This document shows positions 24,845-37,700 of a DNA stretch of 64,000 bases, in pieces. The DNA is from Trichoplax sp. H2 (taxonomy: Eukaryota), in NCBI GenBank assembly GCA_003344405.1, contig NOWV01000251.1, positions 1 to 64,000 of the forward strand, in the 5' to 3' direction. Position 1 is the first letter of the stretch, and every line of letters starts with the position of its first letter. Both the position numbers and the translations under genes were made by a program. The notes below the pieces were generated by a model, which saw only the letters and a program-made list of their open reading frames with translations, did not search any database and was not told where the DNA came from.

Positions 24845-27800
24845 CACTAGCTAAGAATGGTAACTATAGATTAACCTTTATGAAGGGTTGTAAAACAGCG
24901 AGCAACTTTCTTGTTCAAAATATTTATCGAATCGAAAAAGATTGATACAAGATGTATATCTGATGAGTTTGTCTACAAGTTACCTGAATTCAATAAAGCA
25001 TTTTGTAAGGAAATTTTGATATTATGAATGAATAATTAAACTAGGATACCCCAATTGATTGCTGATGCATGGTATATACATGTATTATAAGATATTTTAT
25101 AAAATAAATGTTGTAAAAATGGCTTAGAAGGCTTGTAAATCATTATTGCTATACAACCCTTTAAAAAAGAACGACCGTATCTTAAATAAGCGGTATTTCA
25201 TCCAAACCAGCCAAGAATAATTGGTTAGCATGATTGCTTCAGTTAGCGATTTTGTGATCATTACCGTTATATAATCCAACATACCCAAAAACTAAATCAT
25301 TCCAAATTAAAAATTATTTACTATGAAAGTCTTCAAAAGCAATATCAGGACAGCGATTATGAGCAGTTTCTATTTTTCTGTGTGGAGAGTATCGCTATAT
25401 ATTAGATTGTATTAAAGTATTAACCATCAAATAGACAATGCAGTTGATAGTTTTCGCCTCAAGGAGCACAGAATCGAAAATAGCTTTCAATTTTTGCGTT
25501 ATGCAACAGTGATTCAAAGTTGCACTTTATTTTGTAAGATCGAAAAGGTAGCTATTTATTTCTAGATGATGTTGACACTATCGATCATGACCATTTTCCT
25601 ACGATACTTCAATTGTAAATTAGGTAGAGCAATCAATTACAGATATAACATTAGACTTTATTGAAAGTTGAAGTACTCGTTATTATGGCGTTAAAATAGT
25701 TTATCTCGACATAGGCTAGATTCTGTTGACATAGATTGTTTCAATTTATTGTATAAATAACCCACAGCTATGCATGCTTAGCAGGGAGCTATTATGGTAA
25801 GGTCTATTTGGTACGTTCTAATTACTGAATATGCCTTATATGCGATATGATCGACAATAAGGTGTTAATATAATTGATTTCTATTCCATATATAGCTTGT
25901 AATTGCTAGTGTTGTCTATCTCATTTTTATCGCTACTTCCGCAACAGCTCAGTTGTTTTTCAGCAACGGTTAAAGAAGTTATTTTCTGTCTTTTTCCAAA
26001 AATAATGCAATGAAAAGCCTATCTTACTACGAAAGCATCATGTATGAACCTCCATAATAGCTAGTAAGTTCTCTCTTATCGATTGATCCAATCTTTAGTC
26101 ATAACTAATCTATCGCAAAACGTTAATGAGTGAACCACCAGATATAAATGTTGTACAATGCATACTTCGCTGTCTATTGTGGACAAATTGGCTTCATTAA
26201 AGCTCTCTAGTTGGCCTTGTGTAATACGTATGATTCAAATTAAAGAATTGCGAGCATTTTAAGTTATTAGTTCCTTCAAATGGATAATTGATACGCTTCT
26301 AACAATTTTAAGATCTTAATTATTAACTATCTAAAATTATGCTTGACGATCTGCTATGCATCGCTATATGTCAGATTGATATATTTTAACCTTGAACTAT
26401 ATAATTGAAAATTATATGAAATCTAGTTCCATAATCAATATTTGACACAAGTTAATATGTAGTTCTTTTAATTAGGTAGGCATCGTTGGCGACATCAATT
26501 TATCAGTGTGTTTACAAAAACGAATGCTAGCTCTTTAAATTAGTTCAGTATAACATCATAAACAACGGATACTATTAGTAAACAATCGCAAAGCCTAGAT
26601 TTTTATTCTCTGATTCAGGTCCATAATGCAATATACGCAAATTTAAATCAAATTTAGTGGCCAAAAATGAAGCATGAAAGCAGTACCTCTTAAAATTACT
26701 TCATTATTACAATGTGCATACGTGTTTACTAAAAAGTCTCTTTTGTACGTTACTGAATATTAGTGCTATTAAAGATGAGTTTACTTGATTTTGTTTATTG
26801 CTAGCTTGAAAGATGGCAATTCATCAATGTATTCTTGGAATATGACATATAACATATTCTGGCCAAATATGATATAAACAAGATCTCTAACCTTCACTAA
26901 TACGATACCTTAAAAATTTACTTCAATATTACTATAAATTACAAAACTTAATACGTTCTTTGGTGCACATTTAATATATTGACAGCTCCAAGAGTATATT
27001 AAGTCTTTTTAAGTATGTGTAAGAATAACGAGTTATTTAACTCCAAATTGTCTACTAGGGCATTCAAGACAACAATTAACCCAATTGTAATTATTGCAAG
27101 GTCAATAAGCTATGCTATTCAAATGTTGAAATTGACAAAGATTTAACGAATAAAGAGTATACTTCGTGCATCAGTTAAATAAACTAAATTTAAATAACTA
27201 TGGTTACGATCGTTATTCTTGGTGGCTAATTATAATGCCAATTCGACAATCATTATGATTAGAAATTATATTTCTAGAAAGTTTAAGTACTAATTTCGAA
27301 TATCTATCGTCCTATATGGTAGCATAAAATCATAAGCACCTAATAACTTTCTCACAGAACTCTTCTTTCTAATAGATTGACCAATTTTACATGCGAGAGA
27401 GATCATTGCACAGAGGACAAAAATAATCTAGATATGAAATAAATGCAAGCTAGCGCTCTATCAGTAGATATCAATATTAAAATGGGATCTGAAACTGCAT
27501 GAAATCAATCGGCCATATTTATAAGAATAGTGCCTATTCCTCTTCTATTCGATCAGTAATGAAAAGATTAATGGCGTGTAAAGTAACACAATTCTAACTT
27601 TACCTATATTTTTCTTCCTTAATCTAGTAAATATATTCAATCGCTTGCCATTATTTTAAGCTACTGTACTCTTCCATACGCCTTTCTGTACTAATATTGT
27701 AATTACTACACTATTACTATACTATACATATTATAAGATATTTTGTTGAATGTGAACAACTTTGCTATATCAACATAAACCTAGAGCTACGGCTACAACT

Positions 27801-28193
27801 ACTTTTTACTTCATAACGACAATCTCTTATGTACAGAAACTTTTCTTTCTTTCAATAATAAGAATAGCAACACCTTAGTAATGCTGAGTAAGCACTCTAT
27901 CGCAATTAATAGTAGGAATAAAATGCAGCCTAATCGTAAAATATTTACTTGGGTAATGCAAAGTAGTTTATCATTTAAGAAATTAAAGTGCAAGATCTGT
28001 AAACTGTATCCACACAAATCCTACGTCAAGACAGATCTAAAAGAATCGATTATACTCTTATAACATAATTATACAAATTAAATGCATTAAATTTAAAACA
28101 TATGGTTATAGGTCTCTCATATTGGCCATTCAATCACTATACCAGTTAAAGAAAAGTAGACAATGAATAATAAACTAAGGGGCATAGCCAGAC

Positions 28194-28202
28194 ATCACGT
28201 GA
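28194..28202. promoter_or_regulatory. ATCACGTGA E-box upstream of paralog 7
   Basis: CACGTG at 28196-28201, 238 bp before the ATG. Confidence 0.6.
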
Positions 28203-28433
28203 AAACCATCTCAACATATCAATTATTATTCTTAAGTTCGTTTTATTTGTCCGCGATAGAGTTAGTAAGTTCAAATTTCCCAATAAGCAACTTACTACTC
28301 GATAATAAATGATGTACTTAAGTCATCTGGATGATATACATTATATGTATGTTATCAACTGAAATTTAAATTTGAATATTTCTGACTAGCTGGACTGCAT
28401 TATTATATTCTTCTCATCTCTCTTTATTTGAAG

Positions 28434-29213
28434 ATGACGGCTAATTCTCATAATCATGTCCAATGGTGCTTTTCATTAGCTAAAACATTTCATGATGAGA
28501 ATTTAACGGAAATTTTCGATCCTAAACACGATATAAAATATCAACTAATGGAAGCATCCGATACTGTACAAGCTGCAGAAATTTTGGCTCATACCTATAG
28601 TCAAGAAAACATGTTTTTTAAAGCCATAAGTTTAAGTAAAGAAGATTATCAACCTGTAGCATTATCACGCTTCAATGAAGCAGTAAAAAATAATGTTGCC
28701 ATAGTCGCTAAAAGTAGTGACGGGGACGTGGCCGGTGTTACTGGAGCTTATTTATTTAGCACAGCCATAGCTGAAGTATGTACAGACTTGGAGGACTTGT
28801 ATGGAAAAAAGGTTGCCCCTATCATGGATATAACACGTCTATTGCTTGAAAACTTCTCTGCGAAAGACTATGATGACCCTAATCATATCCTTTATATCGA
28901 TGGTACATGTGTTTCTTCACAGTACCGCGGTAAATGTATTAGCTTAATGCTACTATTATTACTACAAAGTCTAGGACAACGTCAAGGTTATAGCCATGTC
29001 TGTTCTGTTTTATACCATCCGGCGTTAACAAGAAATGTTGAACGTATGCCTGATTGGAAGAAAATTCGTACTATTGATATTCGTGATTACAGCTACCAAA
29101 ATAAAAACATCTTTAGCCAACTCTATAACCAGAGCTATCGGGAAGTATCTTTATTTTTAAGGAAATATACGCCAGCAACCAGTAATTATAATTATAATCT
29201 AAGATATTATTAA
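28434..29213 (+). CDS. GNAT-fold aaNAT-like N-acyltransferase, paralog 7 (frameshifted tail, PTS1 lost)
   Basis: ATG at 28434 (the ORF track used an upstream TTG); YIDGTCVSSQYRGKCIS; close paralog of 24095-24844. Confidence 0.78.
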   Translation: MTANSHNHVQWCFSLAKTFHDENLTEIFDPKHDIKYQLMEASDTVQAAEILAHTYSQENMFFKAISLSKEDYQPVALSRFNEAVKNNVAIVAKSSDGDVAGVTGAYLFSTAIAEVCTDLEDLYGKKVAPIMDITRLLLENFSAKDYDDPNHILYIDGTCVSSQYRGKCISLMLLLLLQSLGQRQGYSHVCSVLYHPALTRNVERMPDWKKIRTIDIRDYSYQNKNIFSQLYNQSYREVSLFLRKYTPATSNYNYNLRYY

Positions 29214-30018
29214 AGCCTATAAGGTAGTTCAGGTTCGTAACTTTGCCTATACTTAGTTCAGGATACTTACACACCAATGACGATAGGTTTTCGTGACAGG
29301 GAACTATTCCTATTTATTAAAGTAGCCCTATTTACATTTATAGTAATCATGATAGCAGCAATTCAAGGTTTATCTTCTATATTTTAATATCGATAGCTAT
29401 TGGATTGCTGTTGAAGCGAAATTTTTTAAAGTGATTCTATTAGATTCGCCGTTAAATTGTTAATAAAACTGTATTTACTAACTGATGATTGTAAATTAAC
29501 AATTTGCCAATGTTTTTTAATTTTCACACCTAATTATTTAACCATCTCGTATAAACATGGAATATGTTGATCTAAGATTAGGTCTACTGTGAAGTACAGA
29601 GCATTATTATAATTCCGTAATTAAAATCTACAGGGAAAGGTAATACTTGTCGGAATTATGGTACTTAGTAAAATTACGACATTTGATGATCTACTATCCG
29701 CTATTACCATTAGGATTGCAATAAGTGCCTGTTTATTTTATTAATATACTTAAACCATAATTAATGATAAATAACAAGATATGACTGATCTTATATGTAA
29801 TATTTTATTTTCGGAAAAGAAAAATAAAATTCGTGGTTGGATAAAGTAAATATTACATTCTGTATTGTTTTCAATTGGTCATATTAAGCCATAATGATCG
29901 ATAACATAACGATATAAAACTAACAAACAATCGTGTAGAAGTAGAATATATAAAATTTCATAGTTTTTCCAGCTGTCATTTTTGTTCCTTATTAAATCGA
30001 TCGTACTGCAAAACGCAT

Positions 30019-30586
30019 AGTTACAAACCAGCTTCATGACGAAGATAACGTAAAACAAATCTCTAAATTAATATAGTCTCCGGGATTCAGTATCCCTTAA
30101 CTATCTCACAAGAATATAAACGCCTTTGCTTCTACGTTAAACAACTATAGAACTCTTCTTTTATTTAACTATCTACATAGCTTATATACCCTTCGGCAGC
30201 TGCTATCATGCATGAGTCATAACAGTTCATAAAATTTAGTTCATATTGGACAGCTAAATTAATACGGAAAATTATTCATAATCTTAGATATCTACTGAAC
30301 GATTATAGATAATTAGATTACAGTATGTCTATGCACAGAATTATTTATAATATCATCTATAACTGAATATCTTCAGGATATTATCACAAGCGTTACAAGA
30401 CATAACGCTATAATCAATTAACATTGGTTACCGTATGTGAACTCCAACTACAGAAAAGCACAATTTACTTTAACAAAATGATAACTACCGTAGTTCTTAC
30501 TGTAAGTCATTATTAGTTATTTCCATAAATAAATGCTAACCACTAAATTTAGTTATTTACTCTTCACTGTGGTTCGTGCTATGACA
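30019..30586. mobile_element. Older, diverged copy of the 1194-1627 element
   Basis: Shares AACCAGCTT...GATAACGTAAAA.AAATCTCTAAATTA...TTCAGTATCCC at the left end and TCTTCAC.GT.GTTCGT...TGACA at the right end; no TSD retained. Confidence 0.7.
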
Positions 30587-31748
30587 ACCCACTCCAACAG
30601 CAACTCTTGTTAGTTACATTTGAGTGACTAATGATACATTTATCCCTCTAATCAGATCAAAATTAGAAAAATAGAAGTTTATTCTACGCATTCATTACTA
30701 ACGTTATCAGCACAAGCATATAAAGGAAATAAAACAAGTTGACTAAGCTACAAGATCTTGCTAACTATTACCGCTACAATATTTTCATTGCAACCATGAA
30801 AAACCTGTCATCATTTATTCCTTACAAATATAACCCCACATGTTTATTGGGTTGTCCGTGCTCTTAAGAACAACACCTCCAGACTAAATTACCGCTACTA
30901 TTTAGTTTGTACACAGTTTTTAATAATATACTTATCTCGACTAATTAAAAGCTACTGTAGTATTTTAGCAATGGCAATAAGAAAAACTACGACATAATGT
31001 CAAATAACGTTGGCATTAGTACCAAATGTACAATGTTAACAGGCTCATCTCTCAGATAAACACAAAGGAACTAAACAGGATTAATTAAAAACGGATTACG
31101 ACAAGATCATTTTCATACTTGCGCGATTAGCATAACTATAGTAATATCTTTCTGAGCTAGTAATCACTAATTTAAATTATTTAACCTTAACTACTCACAT
31201 AAATTATAATTCCATATACTGTATAAACGAAATGATGTCAAGAAAGTAGTACAGCTCTTAGCATAATTAATCAATAAAACAGTATAATTATCTTAGGTGC
31301 AAGAATCCGGTGAAATAAGCTGATTGACTAATTTAGTACTAAGCTTTAAACAGAGAAAGGTCTGAGGTATTTACCATGTGAAAAGGTTTACACTTATGAA
31401 CCGTAAATAACAGGAACACTATCGAAGTAATTTCAAATATGCATCTGTCACTGCGATTTGCAATAGTACGGGAAAATATAAAATGAATAACAACTCATCA
31501 GTCAAATTTGTAAAGAATGGTAAAAATAATTTTTAGGATAGGTAATATTAAAACACTACACCAAGTTTTTATCGAAACCTTTGAGTAACTGATGAATCGG
31601 AGCCTGAATACATCTTAAATTTTCACGACCAAGTAATGTATTAGCATACTGTAAACTACTATACAAGGGATTTATATTTCAAGACAACATTTAGTCAAAT
31701 ATGGATAAATGTTACACGCATAATATAAACAATATTTTAGAAATGTTT

Positions 31749-34700
31749 TCATTCATCGTATTCGTGAGTCAAAAATTGGCACACAAATACTACTCTCCTT
31801 CTCTTCATTTGTTCTAACGCCCTACTTGAGATTTGTTTCTTTCTTATAATAGGTTTTAATAAAATTTCACCGAATATCGTAGCTATAAAATGCGAATATT
31901 TTAGTATGATATATATATCAGAAGATGCATTCGTAATTCACAAATAGGCAGTCAAAATAAACCTTGTCGGTATTAGTACCTAAAGTTTTGGCATCAAGCT
32001 TATTCTTGCCTATTTTCAATAGCAACTTGCGCAAGAAGGCACATACGTATTTAAAGGTATTACGATGACTTGTGGGTATTTGTTGTAGTATCTGCAAGAA
32101 TTACGTATTCGGTACATTAAAACGATAGTCTAATATTTAAACAGTTGTTAGAGTTCGATTTGAATTGCGGCTACTACCTGTTTACATGCTATAAAGTTGT
32201 TACAGTTATCTATGCATTTCTGAAAGAAGGAATGTGGGATCACCGGCTGTGGAAATGCATCCAGGAATTCGAGCAAGCAATTTGCTACTGAAAATGCGCT
32301 AAATTCTTTCGTAATGTAAAGGATTCTACATAACATCATATTACAATTACGATAATAACATTACAACTGGATCGAATTTTAACAAATATGCAAGTTGCCG
32401 AGTTTGAGAAATGGATACTTTCATCTTGAGGAAACGAAAGAGTATCCATTGCATCACGAACATGCATCATTTCAGTTTCTAAACCCGTTTCGGTAAATAT
32501 TCCTTCCTATGTAAATGTGTTTTTATCAGTAAAAATAACTTAGATACAATACAATCTAAATTTACGGATACAAATAATTGCCTATGTTGCACCGTTAATA
32601 GCCTTACTTTTTCCGTGCAATACACATTTAAATAATCCATCAGTAGCCATAATTCTTTAGGAATTTCTAATGGAGTTACATTTCTGTCTGGATGAGCAAT
32701 CTTTTCAAACATTTGCTTTGTATTAAGTTTATCTACCGTCTTCCCATCAGGCTTTCGAATTTTAAGGAAGAAATATAGTACAAAATATTATTAAGGATTT
32801 TTATATAATTTAAAAATGATACCCACTTACCGAATCCAATAAGTCACTTATAGGAATCTCGCGTATACCGCCAGGTATGTACACTAATGTCTCAATTGCA
32901 ACACCAAAACAACTAGGTAGATAGTTACCCGTAATGGATACCTAATTTAGAATGAATACTTTTAGATCGTAACATCAAATTGCCTAGAAAGACAATCGTA
33001 GTACAATACATACAAAATGCTCTTTTCCGTCGTCGAGGTGTAAAATCAAAATGTCTTCTAATTTATCTTCACCAGTATTTAACTTTGTGGCAGTTTCACT
33101 AGTTACTTTCATGATCAAACTTATTTCGGCCGATTTACCTACATTTTAAAACCGATATCGCTCATAAAATGGACAAGTTAGGGAATGCCTTATTTAATGC
33201 CATTAAATATCTAGATTACCTTTCATGATGTTTCCAGATGCAGGCTTAATTTCTAACCATGGTTTGCAATGGTTTGACTCGCCAGGCTTAGGGTTAAAAG
33301 AGTACCTTATAGGAATCTATATAATCGCATACAGGTGTTAAAAAACTTTGGCAATTGATTAATATACGGTTCGTAACCACTAATTAAGTTTCTGCTATAA
33401 AAAAAATTACGAACTAATAAGCTATGGTGGTCAGTATTATTACCTTTCCAGTGTTGACAACATTCAACGTTTCAGTCTTTGAGACATTATATTTTATATC
33501 GCCGAAATTGAACTGAAAGTGGTAAAAGGGAATTACGAAAAATTAATTATGAACGAACCTATCACCTTACATAAGAGTTCAATGAGTACGTGATCGTATA
33601 TTTACTTCTTGTTGGCTAAGCGAAATCTGAGGTAAATGTTCATTTTCATTTTTATCTAAATCTCGAATAACATCATGTAGGATTTCTTGCTGCTTTTCTT
33701 TATTAATGACTTTAATCTAGATAATAGGGCAGGTATGCAAACTCAATATCTACAGAAACACTAATTCTAGTTACGTGCATATAAGAAACGAGCTAATATC
33801 ATAGTTTACTAACAAATACGTTAAAACTTGCAGACACTGGCTTATGATCGCTACATTTCAAAGACGGATGACTGCGATAATCGACAAAGAGAACGTTTGT
33901 AGCTTTCCATAAAATGCGATCGCACCAAGCAGGAGCTCGACACTTTTCACTGTAAATATTTTTATTAAGTAAAAACAGTAAATAACTGTTTTGGCTCGGT
34001 TAGCTATAACAAATAAAGTGTACGTGGTTCACCTTGTATCCCAATTATTAGTACCAGGGTCATACTTATATGTTGGAATGAATTTTATTGGACCTTCTAT
34101 AAAGTTTTGGAAAACTTTTCGCTGGCTCATTTGTTGGTTAAGCTAACGTTGCAAATACGCGTAAAACATTATTAAATTTCAAAAATATACTATACTGGAA
34201 AAAAGACTACACGTATCAATAATGCATCTTTAAATTAAGCTATAAAGGCATAGCTGTTATTGCTCCATGCATTGCTGCACAATTGGTTATTGATTTATTT
34301 TCAACACATGCAAATTATTTGGTAGCTTAACGCTTTTACCTGATCGAACTTGAAGAGATCATCTAAAAGTCCGCTTTTAATCATATCCTTAACTATAGCT
34401 TCATTTCCCGCTATTCGATAATTTAAATCTCCAAACCAGAACGTGGTCCTAATAATAAAGGAATCACACATTTATTAAAAAGTTTCAAATTTTAAGTTTG
34501 CAAACATCAATCTGAATATGACATGTGGTCATTAAATTAACAATTCATTATATTATTGATATGCATACTCATGATCTAGAACCGAGAGAGGCTGACTTGA
34601 GCGACTAAAAAGTTTAGAACTGACTTCTTTAAAATCTTGATTACGTTTCTCAATTTCCTCAGCGTGAGCAGCAAGATGAGAATTGACAAAGCACATTGTA

Positions 34701-37700
34701 GTAAGGTGCAACTTAAATCGTACTGCTACACCTCCTTTATTACCCTAATTTGATAACTTCGTAAGTTAGGCTGTAAATGTGTCCTGGTAAATGTATGATT
34801 ACAGCTTTAACTAGTTTCTATGCATATTTGTAGTTGCATTTAAACACAAAAACTTCTTTAGAATATTACTTGAGACCGGACATTAACACATACTAAAGAT
34901 TTTAACATTTCCTATTAATGATAGATACAAACCATTATTCCCATGATGCCGGTACCAACGTGATCAGCATGAATTTCAGTTATAAATTCTCGAAGATTGG
35001 ATTTTGCATATACTAATAGTAACATTCCCACTAATCTTATACCTCGTACCTGACGGCAAGAAGAAAATCGATAATGTTATGAATATTATAATTAATTAAC
35101 CTACCGTGCTAAATTCTGTCCAACAAACCTTGCACATGTCGATAGGCAAATGCTTGTCAACAATTTTCACCCATTCCTCAGCTCTACTCGATTCTTTTAA
35201 TTGTAGCAAAGCTTCGGCACTAAGATCAAGTTCTTGGAAACTGCATCATGAAATACACGTACATCACTTTCAAAACATTAGCAAGATTATAACTATTATT
35301 CCGCTTCTCACAGTCATAAAAAATTTAATGGTTATGAAAACACTAATTAAACGTAACATCAAAATTGGTGATTGTTTCTTTATAGGAAAAAATTATTCTG
35401 ATTACAAAATACAAACAATAAAATTTTCATATACCCAATAGCAATAATATCTGAATTGCCGTCTTCTTTCCTTAGCCACTCAGAAATGTCTTCCGAAGTC
35501 AGCTGTCCATTGACATTCCATGTGCAAGCTGTAACCCTAAGTATAAATCATGCATTACGTTACCAAAGTATAACAGAGGTATTATGTTGAGACTTTTTTA
35601 TCTTACCTTATTCTTTCATAAGCTGTATATTGATCTTCATACTCTTGCATCCGAAGCCCTATACGAGGATCTCTTAACAATGCTGATTCTGCGTAGTTAT
35701 CCTGAACACCAGCTGGAAAATCGGATTGCAAAACTTTTCGAGCCGTGCTTTCATTGGGGCCAATCAGGCTTTCAGTTTCGTTAACAGTGGAAGCAAGCGA
35801 GCTAGTTTCAGAACTAGCTCCAGATAAAACTATTAGTAATTCATCTTGACTGCTACCGGGATCAAACGTATTGATTGAAACTACAAATGAAATAATCAAT
35901 TACACATTAAGCTTCGATATTGAATGAGCTAAAAATAGGTCCATTTCTGTTCTCTGTAAATTTTACAATAGATATTTATACCTGCAGAGTTTGTAGCTGC
36001 AGATTCAGGTTGACTTTCTTTGATTGTAAGCAAGTACGATCGAATCCATTTGGATGAACTTTGAGAACTGCCTAAAGTAGTTTGCGATACTAGAAGACAA
36101 CAGTATAATTACAATTCATTAAGGCGTCAAACTAAACTTGAAACTAAATTTCTATTTATTATTCATCCTTCATTTAGTATTGCTTCAGTTAAATACAAAT
36201 AGAGCTAACCAATAGTCGCTTTAGTAACTTCTTCCAGAAAATTTACAACAGAAACGGATGACGGAATATTGACAAGCATTTCGTCGTTATCCTGGCCGAT
36301 AAATCGGAGCTTCTTACTATCGTCACCTTCTAAAATGTAGACGAAGGTGTTTAAAGAAGTGCATAATATTAATACTTCTGTTATTGCAAGCGTAAATATC
36401 GATGAACTAGAAATGCCGTAGAACAGTTCAACGTTTTAATTTAATAAAATTACAAGTTATACACGGAAATAGCAAGATCTGCTTCACTAAATATAGCCTT
36501 AAATGCATCAAGTTCTATTGCTTACCCGCGTCAAAATTGATTAATGGTGTTTCTGCAAAATGAATCGAGCAGGAAATGGTCAATACACAGTAAAATGATT
36601 TCACGCAATAAAAAAATTGTATTAAAAAACGGCAGGCTTGATCTTGGTAAGATTTAGGTAATGTATTCTGTATTAACTGCAAGTAAATTAGTTTCATAGG
36701 TTTTGCAACCACATGATTCGTACTGCATTACTTATTCTGCAGTAAAGCAGCTTGTTGATATGAGCTGCCATGATGCATAATGCATGCAATTCTACTGAAC
36801 ATGATAAACTGAATAAGAGATATCGCAACAGTATCAACATATCCTCAGTGACAGGCTATGCACTTGATTATACCACAGTGAATCATTACATTTGTTACAT
36901 TATCGGAAATGGCAGCAAGAACTACTTTCCATGCACTGGTGATTAATGTCAGTTTCGTTAACTATCTGACATCACGTTATTTTAACTTAAGAAAGCAAGG
37001 TAATTGAAGTAGATTAGCAACCACTAGTTTGTTTGTGTAATAAATAAAGCGTACAATTCTGCATAACATTGTCATTAATCTTCAAGTAATTTTATTGCAT
37101 TAAGATATACCATCTTGTACTTTAAAAGGGCCATTAATCGCCATAGAAGCAATAACATGCGGATGATCACTATTAGAGGTGTCCATAACTATAATGCTAA
37201 AATTTTAAATAAGAAATTTTTTATGCAATTGATGAAGCTGGTCAGTATCTTTATAGTGCAGTGTTAAACATGGCATAAAACTTTAATTGCATTTGTTAAT
37301 GAAATCAACTAGTCCCTGTTTGTTGCAATAAGGTCTTAAGAAAGCGCAGTAGTGAGCATCAAAACATTCAATCCACTACAACATACATTAAATTTTAAGT
37401 CATCATCACGTTCACTACGGAGATGACTATGATACTGTACAGTCAATATTATTTAATTAGCAGTAATTATGCTATTATCATTATGAAAGTAGAACAAACA
37501 TTAAGCCAGTTTCAATCACTATCATAATTAAATTAACTACAATATCGATCGGTCTACACTGAATAGAACATTACTGTAATCGTGGAACTCTGGAAGTAGG
37601 CGTTTAAATAGTTCTAAACTGCATTATACTAGTATTAACAAGTTATCTTTCACTTCTAAAGCTATTCATTTTTAAGACCACATTATCACCATATTTAATC

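Noticed and set aside
7611..24847. Short antisense ORFs overlapping GNAT genes (7611, 7949, 8203, 10202, 13360, 21303, 24617)
   Set aside because: Shadow ORFs with no independent coding signal.
1..30000. Bacterial operon or contaminant interpretation of the intronless array
   Set aside because: Multi-kb spacers, PTS1 signals, animal transposon relics and ungapped contiguity with spliced OCRL indicate host nuclear DNA.
32752..32830. U12-like branch sequence TTCCTTAAA near an OCRL acceptor
   Set aside because: The donor is a standard U2 GTAAGT.
35106..35784. + strand ORFs of 111 and 66 aa
   Set aside because: Antisense to OCRL exons and introns.
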